NCBI GenBank assembly: GCA_002995645.1 | Contig: PUHO01000006.1 | Location: 67,623-131,622 of the forward strand | Origin: SAR324 cluster bacterium | GTDB lineage: Bacteria > SAR324 > XYD2-FULL-50-16 > HCM1 | Direction of reading: 5' to 3' | Length of the DNA: 64,000 nt | Shown here: in pieces, positions 9,772 through 19,590 of the stretch | Numbering within the stretch: position 1 is the first letter of the stretch | Layout of the letters: every line of letters begins with the position of its first letter | The notes under the pieces: generated by a model | Told to the model about the DNA's origin: nothing | The model's database searches: none | The model's input: the letters and a program-made list of their open reading frames with translations, nothing else | Program-made: the position numbers and the translations under genes

Positions 9772-11463
9772 TTACTTTGTTAAACGCACGTCTTTTATAG
9801 TTCCACCAGCGGGAATCATAGGATATACGTGGGCTTCACTATCAATAATAAATTCAATAACTATCGGCTTTTTTAATTGACAAGCGTGGGATATGACTTC
9901 TTTCAACTCTTCTTCTTTAGAACAACGAACGGCAGCAATACCATAAGCTTTTGCTAATAAGATAAAATCCGGACTTGTCTCTAAAATAGTAGCGGCATGT
10001 TGTGATTGCCAAAATAAATCTTGCCATTGTTTTACCATGCCAAGATTACCATTATTGAAAATACACATTACAATAGGAAGCTCGTATTGCTTCACTGTTA
10101 CTAATTCTTGTATATTCATTTGAAAACCGCCGTCCCCGGAAATAGAGATAACCAATTCATTCGGATTTGCTAAACTAATACCAATCGCCGCAGGAAGAGA
10201 GTAACCCATAGTTCCAAAGCCACCGGACGTAATATGCGTTAAAGGATTAGTAAATTTATAATATAAAGCGGTGAACATTTGATTTTGCCCAACGTCAGTA
10301 ACAACAATCGCATCGCCCTTTGTTTCTTCAGAAAGAGCAGTAACGACCGCTTCCGGACGTAACGCAGTATAATTTTGTTGCTGTGCAAAATAAGGAAGTT
10401 TATTTTGTTTTTTTAAATCAAGACAAAATTGCACCCATTCTTCTTTATGCAAATTCGTAGCTAAAACAAGGATTTGTTGTAAGAAAGAAGACAAGTCACT
10501 ATGTACGGCTAGATCTACTTTTTTAATGCGATTCAGCGTATGTGCGTCTATATCTACGTGTATGCTGTTTGCATCACGAATAAATTCAGCTACGTTAGAC
10601 GCAACGCGATCATCAAAGCGAGCACCAAGCACTAATACTAAATCTGCTTTTTGCATTGCTTTATTTGCCGTATATTCGCCGTGCATACCAAGCATGCCAA
10701 GAAATAAAGGATTATTGCCGTCAATAGCACCAAGACCAAGTAAAGTAGAAGTAACAAGCAAGCCCGTTTTTTCTACAAACTGACGTAATAAAGGAGCAAT
10801 CGCCGTTTTATTCGCACCACCACCAATATATAAAATAGGACGTTTTGCGTGGGATAGCATTTCCCAAGCTTGCTTAATTTGAGACTCGGGCGCCTCAATC
10901 GTTTGCAAGTTAATTTCCGCTTTACTATGAAAAGTACCGGTTATTGTTTCCGTTTGTATATCAACGGGGATATCTATCCAAATAACGCCGGGACGTCCTG
11001 TAACGGCTAAAGTAAACGCTTCTTTAAATGTAGGTACAATTTCTTCTATAGAAGTAAGTAAATAATTCTTTTTTGTAACCGGTTTAGAAATACCAACGGC
11101 GTCCACTTCTTGAAAAGCACTACTTCCTTGTAAACTACGTTTTACTTGCCCGCTAATAATGATAAGAGGGACTGCATCAATTTGTGCAGTTGCCGCACCG
11201 GTAACCGCATTAGTAGCACCGGGACCGGACGTTACGACGACGACGCCAACTTTTCCGCTTGTTCTTGCATATCCGTCTGCTGCATGAGTTGCTGCTTGTT
11301 CGTGTGCCGGACGAATTACTTCTATTTGATCTTTTCTTTTGTGTAATGCATCAAATAAGGGTATTACACAGCCGCCGGGATAACCAAAAACAAATTCAGT
11401 ATCATTCTCTATTAAAGAGTCAACAATTAATTCACTACCTTTCTTTTGTACTTCTTTATCCAT
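9772..11463 (-). CDS. ilvB: Acetolactate synthase large (catalytic) subunit, ThDP-dependent
   Basis: 563-aa ORF. ThDP/Mg motif SGDGGFQMNIQELVT...NNGNLGMV, N-terminal Pyr domain GYPGG...HEQAATHAADGYAR. Confidence 0.9.
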   Translation of the reverse strand: MDKEVQKKGSELIVDSLIENDTEFVFGYPGGCVIPLFDALHKRKDQIEVIRPAHEQAATHAADGYARTSGKVGVVVVTSGPGATNAVTGAATAQIDAVPLIIISGQVKRSLQGSSAFQEVDAVGISKPVTKKNYLLTSIEEIVPTFKEAFTLAVTGRPGVIWIDIPVDIQTETITGTFHSKAEINLQTIEAPESQIKQAWEMLSHAKRPILYIGGGANKTAIAPLLRQFVEKTGLLVTSTLLGLGAIDGNNPLFLGMLGMHGEYTANKAMQKADLVLVLGARFDDRVASNVAEFIRDANSIHVDIDAHTLNRIKKVDLAVHSDLSSFLQQILVLATNLHKEEWVQFCLDLKKQNKLPYFAQQQNYTALRPEAVVTALSEETKGDAIVVTDVGQNQMFTALYYKFTNPLTHITSGGFGTMGYSLPAAIGISLANPNELVISISGDGGFQMNIQELVTVKQYELPIVMCIFNNGNLGMVKQWQDLFWQSQHAATILETSPDFILLAKAYGIAAVRCSKEEELKEVISHACQLKKPIVIEFIIDSEAHVYPMIPAGGTIKDVRLTK

Positions 11464-11468
11464 TTTAT

Positions 11469-12023
11469 TTACTTTTTATACTGTTTGTTCATTTCTAGTA
11501 ACCAACTATTTAAGTAACTCCGTTCTGTTGTTGTTAAACCATTCTTCGGTTCTGCTATATACTCTAGTATTAACGGTCGTATAGTTAAATAATAAGTATC
11601 TTCCCAATGAGGGATTGCCTCTAATTTAGGAGAGAACGTATAGGAAGAAACTCCCATTGTTCTATCAAAATTTTCGTTTATTACTTTATACCCACGTGCG
11701 AATATATGTAGCTTTACTGTTCTTGTTTCATTATCAAAAGGTACAAAAAATTTCCCTCTTCTTGCAACGTGAACTAAAGCTACTTGTCTATAAGTCAACC
11801 TTCCATTTACTGTTTTAATTAACTGTGCTTGTTCTTTATCTACTAAAATAAAAACCTTTTGCTTTTGCAAAACAAACGGATCTAGCTTTAATCTACCTTC
11901 TATGCTTGTTGTAACAATACCAAAATGATATTGCACCGCTTCGCTACTAGCGCAGCTAGCAACAAATAAAAGCATAAAACCTAACAAAAAAATTAATTTA
12001 CTACGTAAATACAAAGAAAACAT
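11469..12023 (-). CDS. Hypothetical lipoprotein
   Basis: 184-aa ORF. Signal peptide with lipobox (LLFVASC). No family recognised. Tightly packed between the IclR gene and ilvB. Confidence 0.6.
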   Translation of the reverse strand: MFSLYLRSKLIFLLGFMLLFVASCASSEAVQYHFGIVTTSIEGRLKLDPFVLQKQKVFILVDKEQAQLIKTVNGRLTYRQVALVHVARRGKFFVPFDNETRTVKLHIFARGYKVINENFDRTMGVSSYTFSPKLEAIPHWEDTYYLTIRPLILEYIAEPKNGLTTTERSYLNSWLLEMNKQYKK

Positions 12024-12025
12024 TA

Positions 12026-12841
12026 CTATTCTTCACTCATAGGAACAAATCCAAGAGCACGCGAAATTTCAAGACTTGCTTCTCTTAATAAAGGAAGGCA
12101 GTCGGTTTCTATTTTATCCTCTGTCAAACGGTATATCGGCGCAGAAACAGAAATCCCCGCAGCCATTCTTCCTGAATGATCAAAAACAGGCATACCCACA
12201 CAAATAATATCCCTATTTGTTTCTTGCTGATCAAGAGCATACCCTCTTTCCCTTGTTTTTTCAATCTCCTTAAGAAGCAAAGCTTTATCAGTTATCGTAT
12301 ATTCTGTTAAAGGCTTAAGATCGCTTTGTTGCAAAATTTCTTTATATTTAGATTCATCTAAATAAGATAAGAATAATTTCCCAACAGCAGTACAAAACAT
12401 AGGCAAACTTTCACCTATACGCGAGCTAACGCGAAGAGCGTGCGTTGTTTCTATATCAAAGATATAAAAAATATTATTCCCAACTTGGATTCCTATATAC
12501 AAGGTTTCATTTAGCTCAACACTTAGTTTTTCTAAAACCGGCGCAGCAGCACGAACAATCCCTGTGTTTCGTGTAAAGATATGTCCTAAAGATACCGTTT
12601 TGTAACCTAGGCGATAATTACCTGTATATTGATTTTGTTCTATATAGCCGCGACTTACTAGCGTTGCTAATAATCGAAATATATTGTTTTTATGCAATCC
12701 TAGCTTTTGACTTAACACAGTAATACCAATTTCTGAATGATGCTGAAATTCTTCAAGTACGTTCAAAGCATGATTTACCGCTTTAATTGTATAATTTTGT
12801 TTCGGTTGTTTTTTATTCGTAGTTTTTGTTTTTTGTAGCAT
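12026..12841 (-). CDS. IclR-family transcriptional regulator
   Basis: 271-aa ORF. N-terminal winged HTH (LNVLEEF...ITVLSQKLGLHKNNIFRLLATLVSRGYIEQ) followed by an IclR-type effector domain. Confidence 0.85.
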   Translation of the reverse strand: MLQKTKTTNKKQPKQNYTIKAVNHALNVLEEFQHHSEIGITVLSQKLGLHKNNIFRLLATLVSRGYIEQNQYTGNYRLGYKTVSLGHIFTRNTGIVRAAAPVLEKLSVELNETLYIGIQVGNNIFYIFDIETTHALRVSSRIGESLPMFCTAVGKLFLSYLDESKYKEILQQSDLKPLTEYTITDKALLLKEIEKTRERGYALDQQETNRDIICVGMPVFDHSGRMAAGISVSAPIYRLTEDKIETDCLPLLREASLEISRALGFVPMSEE

Positions 12842-13095
12842 AATTACTCTGTTATAAAAAGGGTGTTACTACATACATAAATAAACTAATTTGACTAATC
12901 GATTTATATAAAAGTTAAAATATTATATACCACATAAATACATAATTGTATATAATATAAATGCTTTATAAAAATAACATATTACAAACTTAATGTAAAA
13001 CTAAACTTAATGTTCTTATAAGAAATTTACTAGACAAAGAAGTGTATAAGTTTGTATATTTTATATATTCATAGTAACTTTTTTATTTTTTATTT

Positions 13096-13740
13096 TTGTT
13101 TACCTATTTTTCTTTTTTGTTAAAACAAGCTTGTGTCTTAACTTGCTTTATTATAATATTGTTCCCCCAAACAGGGCAAGCAAAAACAATTTTATTTCTT
13201 GGCGATTCCCTTACTATTGGCAAAGGCGTTCTGGCAACGGAGGCTTATCCTGTTTTAGTGCAACAAAAATTGCAAAAACAAAGCCGTATCAAAGTAGATA
13301 TTATTAACGCAAGCCGTAGTGGGTCAACAACAAAAGGCGCGCTTGCTCGTTTTAATTGGCTTGCAAGCCAACGTAAAATTGACGTTTTATTCCTTGCCCT
13401 AGGAGCGAACGACGGACTACGAGCTTTGCCGGTTGCTTCTATTGAAGCGAATCTTAGTCGTGTCATTATAGCAGCGCAAAAAAAACGTATTACCATTGTA
13501 CTTGCCGGTATGTATATGCTTCCTAATTATGGAAAACAATATACAAAAGCATTTGCCCATATCTTCCCCAAATTAGCTAAAAAATATCATTTAATCCTTG
13601 TTCCTTTTCTTTTAGATAAAGTAGCGGGAGAAAAAAAATATAATCAAGCTGACGGCATTCATCCAACGGCAAAAGGACACGTTATTATTGCCCATACTGT
13701 TTTCCCCTATATTCAAAAAGCTCTTCGTTCTCATTCATAA
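13096..13740 (+). CDS. SGNH/GDSL hydrolase, TesA-like arylesterase/lysophospholipase
   Basis: 214-aa ORF with signal peptide. SGNH blocks FLGDSLT, GANDG and DGIHP. TTG start at 13096 is uncertain. Confidence 0.85.
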   Translation: MFTYFSFLLKQACVLTCFIIILFPQTGQAKTILFLGDSLTIGKGVLATEAYPVLVQQKLQKQSRIKVDIINASRSGSTTKGALARFNWLASQRKIDVLFLALGANDGLRALPVASIEANLSRVIIAAQKKRITIVLAGMYMLPNYGKQYTKAFAHIFPKLAKKYHLILVPFLLDKVAGEKKYNQADGIHPTAKGHVIIAHTVFPYIQKALRSHS

Positions 13741-14417
13741 TGACAGTACTTAATTTAAAAAACATAGAAAAATCATATCCTTCCCCTAAAGGCGGGACTT
13801 TACAAATCTTGCAAGATATTAATTTAAAAATAGAAAAAGGCGAAACGATTGCCATTATTGGGCGTTCCGGCAGTGGCAAATCTACTTTACTCTCGCTTAT
13901 GGCAGGCTTAGAAAAGCCTTCTAGCGGTACTATTGAAATTAACCAAGAACAAATTGCAACTTTTTCAGAACAACAACTAGCTAACTTCAGGAAGCAAACG
14001 CTTGGCATTGTATTTCAACAATTTCACCTTATGCCCTATTTAAACGCATTGGAAAACGTAGCTCTTCCTTTAGAGTTACAAAAAAATAAGCAAGCACAAA
14101 AAATAGCCGCAACATGGCTTGATAAAATAGGACTTAAAAACAGAAAAACTCACTATCCTTCGCAATTAAGCGGAGGCGAGAAACAGCGTGTTGCTATTGC
14201 AAGAGCATTAATTAACAATCCTACTTTATTACTAGCAGACGAACCAACCGGCAACCTTGACGAAGCTACCGGCGAAGAAATTAGTCAAATTTTATTTGAA
14301 CTTGTGAAAGAAAAACAAATGACTCTTATATTAGTTACTCATAACAAGGAACTAGCCCAAGTTTGTGACAAACGTTTTCTTTTACAACAAGGGGTTTTAA
14401 ATGAAATTACTATTTAA
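13740..14417 (+). CDS. ABC transporter ATP-binding protein (YbbA/LolD-like)
   Basis: 225-aa ORF. Walker [10 protein letters not shown], signature [15 protein letters not shown], Walker [13 protein letters not shown]. The ATG overlaps the upstream stop (TAATG). Confidence 0.92.
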   Translation: MTVLNLKNIEKSYPSPKGGTLQILQDINLKIEKGETIAIIGRSGSGKSTLLSLMAGLEKPSSGTIEINQEQIATFSEQQLANFRKQTLGIVFQQFHLMPYLNALENVALPLELQKNKQAQKIAATWLDKIGLKNRKTHYPSQLSGGEKQRVAIARALINNPTLLLADEPTGNLDEATGEEISQILFELVKEKQMTLILVTHNKELAQVCDKRFLLQQGVLNEITI

Positions 14418-16962
14418 ACTTGCGTTTCGTGAGTTATATAATAATCGTAAATTTAGCCTATTCTTTATTTCCACGCTTTTTGTTGGTTTAATTGGCTTTG
14501 CTCTTTTATCTAATTTACAATCTTCGATTAATCATTATATGAATCAGTACGCTAAATCCATTTTAGCGGCTGACGTGAAATTTTCCACTAATTTCAAGTT
14601 AACAGAAAAAGAAAGTAATTGGCTTAACAAGCAACTACCAAAAGGAACAAAGCAAGCAAGAATGATTTCTTTTTTTGCTATGGCACGAGCAAAAGATAAA
14701 GCTAAACTAGTATCAGTAAAAGCAATAGATAACGGCTACCCTTTATACGGTCGTTTTACATTTAAAACAAACAACAAGACAACAACAAAGAGCTTAAACA
14801 CACATGTTGCCACATGGGCACAAGCCGAATTATTACGGTTACTCAACGTTAAACAAGGCGATTCAATTCAACTAGGAGATGCTCAATTTCAAGTACAAGA
14901 ACAGGTAAAAGACGCCCCGGGTTTAAGTTTTTGGAACGCCAACATAGGCTATCAACTTTATATTGGATTAGATCAGGTTGATAAAACAGGATTATTACAA
15001 AAAGGAAGCCGCCAATCTTTTGCTTACTTTTTTCTATTTCCACCTCAAATAGATAGTGCCAAACTGAGTGAAAAAATTTCTAGTGATTTTGAAGCAGAGT
15101 TTCCTAATCATTCTTTTCAAATGACGCACTATTCTAATGCGAACAAACGTATTGGCGGGATTTTACTCACCTTAACGCGCTACCTTGCTCTTTTAGCTCT
15201 TGTGGCTCTCTTTCTTGCCGGCATTGGCATTGCCTATTTATTCCAAGCCTATCTTAGTGAACGTAAAAAAGAACTCGCTATTGTCATTTCTTTAGGCTTT
15301 ACTAAACTACAAGCGATTTCTATTTTAATTATACAAATTATTACGCTTTCGTTAATTGCTTCGCTTCTTGCCGTATTTGTTTCTTTTGCTTTACTTCCTT
15401 TTGCACTATCTCGTTTAGCTTATTTTTTACCTAATGGCTTTCATTTTATCAATAGCCCGTCTGTACTGCTTATTACTTTATTAATTAGCGTATCTAGCAG
15501 TTTTGCTTTTACGTTCCCCTTATTTTATCAACTTAAGTCAAATCCTATTTTATCTTTATTCCAAAGTATTAGTATAACGAAAAAAAATAGGCTTAACTTG
15601 CCTTTAATACTAAGCTACGTACCTTTATTGCTATTTTATGAAGTAGTTTCTGTTGTGCAAGTTAATTCGTTTTACATAGGCTCTTTATTCACCGGGTCAC
15701 TTGTTATTTCTATTATTATGTTTGCCTTCATTGCTATAGGGATAACTTACCTTCTTTCTCTGTGGAAAAAACGACCTTTAACAGTTACCTTTATTCTTCG
15801 ACGTTGGCAAAGAAATAAAGCAACTTTCCTTGCTATTTTTATTAGCTTAGCAACAGGTTCTTTATTATTAAACTTTATGCCTTTACTAGCAACGGGAATC
15901 ACACAAGAATTACAACGTCCTGACTCATTAGACATGCCTTCTTTCTTTTTATTTGACATACAAAAAGAAGAAAAACAAGATCTAGAAAATTGGCTACGTA
16001 CGCAAGACCTTACTTTAGCTAATGAAGCCGCAATGATACCGGCAAAGCTGCAAGCGGTTAATAATAAATCATTATCAAAACTAAGATTAAAAAAAGCGGT
16101 CACTAAAAAAGAAAAAGATAAAAAGCGAATTGCCACACGTGATTACTGGTTAAGTGAAAGAGCGAACCTATATAAATCGGAAACGGTTACAAAAGGAACT
16201 TGGTTTACTGATAAAAAAACGGAAAACGAACTTCCTCAAATATCAATAGATCGTTATTTTGCTAAACAAATGAACGTAGCATTAGGAGACAAGTTAACCT
16301 TTACTATTGACGGATTACCTGTTACCGGCAAGATTAAGAACTTCCGGCAAATTCGCTGGAATAGTTTTGAACCTAATTTTTTCGTTCTCTTCCAGCCGCC
16401 TACGTTAACACACGCCCCGGGAAGTTATCTTGGTACTTTAAATCACGTTCCGGAAAATAAAAAACTAAATTTACAACTTGCTTTAGCAAAAAAATTTCCA
16501 ACTATTTCTATTCTAGACGTAAGTTTTGTTTTAAAAAAAATACTCGCCTTACTTACTAGCATTCTTCTTGCCGTTAACAGTATGGCGTATATTTCTATTT
16601 TTGTTGGATTATTAATTGTATATACTATTACCTTCTATGAAACGGCACAAAGAAAACAAGAGGCAAATCTCCTTAAAGTCCTAGGTGCGAACGTACACCA
16701 TATATATACGTATTATCTTGTTGAATTTACGTTTCTTGGCTTTATTTGCGCTAGCATTGGCTTAGTTCTTTCTTTTATTCTTTCTTACGTTGTTGCCAAG
16801 CTGTTTTTCATTCATGTGACGCCTTCTTTTTCTCTTACCTTATGGAGTAATATAGGAATCATGACTTGCATTTCTACTTTTACTGCTTTGTTTTCTATGT
16901 ATAAAGTAATGCGATCGCAGCCGTCTTCTTTATTTTCTGAATTTTCTGCTTTATCGTCATAA
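14401..16962 (+). CDS. FtsX-family ABC transporter permease (YbbP-like, duplicated FtsX domains)
   Basis: 853-aa polytopic membrane ORF overlapping the ATPase gene by 17 nt. The tesA-ybbA-ybbP neighbourhood is known from E. coli. Confidence 0.8.
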   Translation: MKLLFKLAFRELYNNRKFSLFFISTLFVGLIGFALLSNLQSSINHYMNQYAKSILAADVKFSTNFKLTEKESNWLNKQLPKGTKQARMISFFAMARAKDKAKLVSVKAIDNGYPLYGRFTFKTNNKTTTKSLNTHVATWAQAELLRLLNVKQGDSIQLGDAQFQVQEQVKDAPGLSFWNANIGYQLYIGLDQVDKTGLLQKGSRQSFAYFFLFPPQIDSAKLSEKISSDFEAEFPNHSFQMTHYSNANKRIGGILLTLTRYLALLALVALFLAGIGIAYLFQAYLSERKKELAIVISLGFTKLQAISILIIQIITLSLIASLLAVFVSFALLPFALSRLAYFLPNGFHFINSPSVLLITLLISVSSSFAFTFPLFYQLKSNPILSLFQSISITKKNRLNLPLILSYVPLLLFYEVVSVVQVNSFYIGSLFTGSLVISIIMFAFIAIGITYLLSLWKKRPLTVTFILRRWQRNKATFLAIFISLATGSLLLNFMPLLATGITQELQRPDSLDMPSFFLFDIQKEEKQDLENWLRTQDLTLANEAAMIPAKLQAVNNKSLSKLRLKKAVTKKEKDKKRIATRDYWLSERANLYKSETVTKGTWFTDKKTENELPQISIDRYFAKQMNVALGDKLTFTIDGLPVTGKIKNFRQIRWNSFEPNFFVLFQPPTLTHAPGSYLGTLNHVPENKKLNLQLALAKKFPTISILDVSFVLKKILALLTSILLAVNSMAYISIFVGLLIVYTITFYETAQRKQEANLLKVLGANVHHIYTYYLVEFTFLGFICASIGLVLSFILSYVVAKLFFIHVTPSFSLTLWSNIGIMTCISTFTALFSMYKVMRSQPSSLFSEFSALSS

Positions 16963-16968
16963 GTATCT

Positions 16969-17817
16969 ATGCATTTAAATAATAAATGGAAAGTAATCTT
17001 TTTTACTCTTTTTCTTTCTGTGTTCCTTGCTTCTTGCAATAATATTAAAATTGGATACAACTACGGACATTGGTTTCTCCGTCATTCTGTCTATAAATAT
17101 ACTAATTTAAACTCTTCGCAAGTACGTTTACTAGAACAACAATTTCAAAGTTTTCTTGATTATAATAAGAAATACGATATTCCTAATTATATTGCTCTTT
17201 TACGACATATAAAACGACTCTCTAGCCATAAAGAAGCAACAGAACAAGCATTGGAAGAAATAACGTTAGATGCGCAAACACTGACTTACGCTGCTTTTGA
17301 ATCGTTCATAGACCATGCCGTACCAGTGATACAAACATTATCACCAAAACAAATACAAGAAATTAGAGAGAGTATTAGTGACAAATTTGACGAACGTATT
17401 GAAGAATATGAAGACAAGACACTAGAAGAAAGGCAAGATAAGCGTTTTAATCAGTTACTAGATCGCTTTGCAACCTATATGGGAGACTTAAACGAAGAAC
17501 AACAAAAACTGTTAAGAGACCGCGTTAATCTTATGCATTTCGTAACGGTAGAACAAGAAAAAGAAAGGAAACAATTCTCACTAGAGTGGCTTGATAAACT
17601 AGAAAAAGCACAAAAAGATAAACAGGAGCTTACTAGCTTGTTAAAAAGCCGCCTATTCTCCGTTGCGATTACAGAGTATAATAGAAGATGGATTCATTTT
17701 TATTTAGCTTTACAAAAAACAGCAACACAAAAACAAATCGACGGCTTTCAAAAGAAACTGCAAAATATTATAGATCCGCTACAAGACTTACATCAAGAAG
17801 CAATTAAGAAGATTTAA
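16969..17817 (+). CDS. Lipoprotein, possibly DUF6279-like
   Basis: 282-aa ORF. Lipobox FLASC. The N-terminal pattern C-x-IKIGYNYGHWFL...LNSSQ...L...F resembles the DUF6279 lipoprotein family as I remember it. Confidence 0.5.
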   Translation: MHLNNKWKVIFFTLFLSVFLASCNNIKIGYNYGHWFLRHSVYKYTNLNSSQVRLLEQQFQSFLDYNKKYDIPNYIALLRHIKRLSSHKEATEQALEEITLDAQTLTYAAFESFIDHAVPVIQTLSPKQIQEIRESISDKFDERIEEYEDKTLEERQDKRFNQLLDRFATYMGDLNEEQQKLLRDRVNLMHFVTVEQEKERKQFSLEWLDKLEKAQKDKQELTSLLKSRLFSVAITEYNRRWIHFYLALQKTATQKQIDGFQKKLQNIIDPLQDLHQEAIKKI

Positions 17818-18616
17818 GCCAATAAGAAGAAATTAAATCAGATGTAATCGGATCCCCTGTTTTCCAAAATCCAAGCCGAGCGTCCGGCTTATTAGCACCG
17901 TGAAAATCAGATCCAGCAGTAATTAGCAAATTATGTTTTGCAACTAACCCTTTAAAAATAGCAATCTCTTCTTCAGTATGTCTTCCTGAGTAGACTTCTA
18001 AAGCATCTAAGCCATATGCCACACATGCTTCAATGGTAGCAACACAAGTATCTTTGTCTTTGCTTATAGTCGTAGGATGAGCTATCACCGCTTTGCCGCC
18101 GGCTTCGTGCACTAAATTAATAGCATCTTGCGCACTAATATGCCCTTCATTTTTAAACTCTTTTAGATATTCGTCAAAAGAAACGCGTAAAGGAATATTA
18201 TGTTGATCTCTTAATAAGATAGCCATATGAAAACGTCCGTATGCAACTTCCGGCAAAAATGCAAACGCAACGTTTAAGTCATATTTATCTTTAACATGTT
18301 GCAACATGGCTTTCATTCGTTTTGTTCTTAAATCTATAGCTTCTTTTAGCGCTTGTTGCAAACGTTTGTTTGCAGGATCAATTCCTAATCCTAATAAATG
18401 AAATAGCCCTTCTGAAGCATCTATGGTTATCTCTACGCCTAAAATCGGACGTATTTGATATGCGGCACATGCTTTTTGAAAATCTAATAAACCCGCTACG
18501 TTATCATGATCTGTTAAAGCAAGTGTTTTAAGCCCCCTTCCTTTAGCCAATTGAGCTAAGTCTTTTGGTGAGGAAGTGCCGTCTGAAAAATAAGAATGCG
18601 CATGTAAATCAAGCAT
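17804..18616 (-). CDS. PHP-domain phosphoesterase (TrpH/YciV-like)
   Basis: 270-aa ORF. N-terminal DLHAHSYFSDG metal-binding motif and C-terminal GSDFHG. Its 3' end overlaps the convergent lipoprotein gene by 14 nt. Confidence 0.88.
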   Translation of the reverse strand: MLDLHAHSYFSDGTSSPKDLAQLAKGRGLKTLALTDHDNVAGLLDFQKACAAYQIRPILGVEITIDASEGLFHLLGLGIDPANKRLQQALKEAIDLRTKRMKAMLQHVKDKYDLNVAFAFLPEVAYGRFHMAILLRDQHNIPLRVSFDEYLKEFKNEGHISAQDAINLVHEAGGKAVIAHPTTISKDKDTCVATIEACVAYGLDALEVYSGRHTEEEIAIFKGLVAKHNLLITAGSDFHGANKPDARLGFWKTGDPITSDLISSYWLKSS

Positions 18617-18628
18617 AAGTACCCTGTA

Positions 18629-19513
18629 TTAATTTCTTTTTTTTACAATATAATTCATAGGATTAACAGCTTGGTCATTAAGCCGTACTTCATAATGAAC
18701 ATGATTTCCTGTTGATCGCCCCGTGCTACCAACATAACCAATAACGTCATAGCGATGCACAAAATCACCTACCTGTACGTTAAAACCAGACATGTGACCA
18801 TATCGCGTTACTATATTATAGCCATGATCAATAATTACCATTCTACCATAGGCACCGTTAATCCCGGCCATTACGACTCTACCGTCTGCCGGCGCATAAA
18901 TAGGCGTCCCTAAAGGAACGGCAAAATCAAGACCTTCATGCATATGCTGTTTTAAAGTAAACGGATCCGTACGCATGCCAAAAGGCGAAGATATCCTTCC
19001 ACCAGACACAACACGAATGGACGGGGTTCGTCTAAGACGAAATCTATTTTCTTGCATTAACGTTTGTTCACGAAACAAGTTAATTTCCAAGATTTTTACA
19101 TTGTTTTTAATTGTTTTTAATTGATCAAATGACTTGCCCGTATATTTCACTTCCACTTTTGGTGAGTTTTTAAGCCAGTCTGCTTGCAAATTATGTAATG
19201 TTTGCAATCGATACAACAATTTTGAAGTGTCTGTTATTTCTCTCTTTTTTTCTACAATAGCAACGTTCATTCTTTGCAATTCAAATTCTTGCAAAACCAC
19301 TTGCTTTTTTATCTGCAATTGTTGTTCTTTTCGTTGTATTTGATTTGTATAATTCCATATAACAAACAAAGTTATAACAAACAAAACCAACGCAGATATA
19401 AGCCCTCCCATTGCTTTTGTGTAAGACAAACGATATTGCTTTAATTTTCCGGTATGAGAAAAAATAACGTTAAAGGTAATATATTTCATAAAACTGAATA
19501 ATCGACAACCCAA
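18629..19513 (-). CDS. M23 (LytM-type) metallopeptidase, membrane-anchored
   Basis: 294-aa ORF. HEGLDFAVPLGTPIYAPADGRV and GNHVHYEV motifs, N-terminal TM helix and coiled coil. The start may be the internal ATG (MKYITF). Confidence 0.88.
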   Translation of the reverse strand: MGCRLFSFMKYITFNVIFSHTGKLKQYRLSYTKAMGGLISALVLFVITLFVIWNYTNQIQRKEQQLQIKKQVVLQEFELQRMNVAIVEKKREITDTSKLLYRLQTLHNLQADWLKNSPKVEVKYTGKSFDQLKTIKNNVKILEINLFREQTLMQENRFRLRRTPSIRVVSGGRISSPFGMRTDPFTLKQHMHEGLDFAVPLGTPIYAPADGRVVMAGINGAYGRMVIIDHGYNIVTRYGHMSGFNVQVGDFVHRYDVIGYVGSTGRSTGNHVHYEVRLNDQAVNPMNYIVKKRN

Positions 19514-19561
19514 ATACTTTCACTTGCTAAAACAAGCGTACTTATTTAAACTTAAATATAA

Positions 19562-19590
19562 TTGACATTATAATTGTATCTTTAGCTAAT
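19562..19590 (+). promoter_or_regulatory. Candidate promoter of the 19590 ORF
   Basis: Consensus TTGACA (19562-19567), 17-nt spacer, GCTAAT (19585-19590). It would give a near-leaderless mRNA if the ATG at 19602 is the start. Confidence 0.35.
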
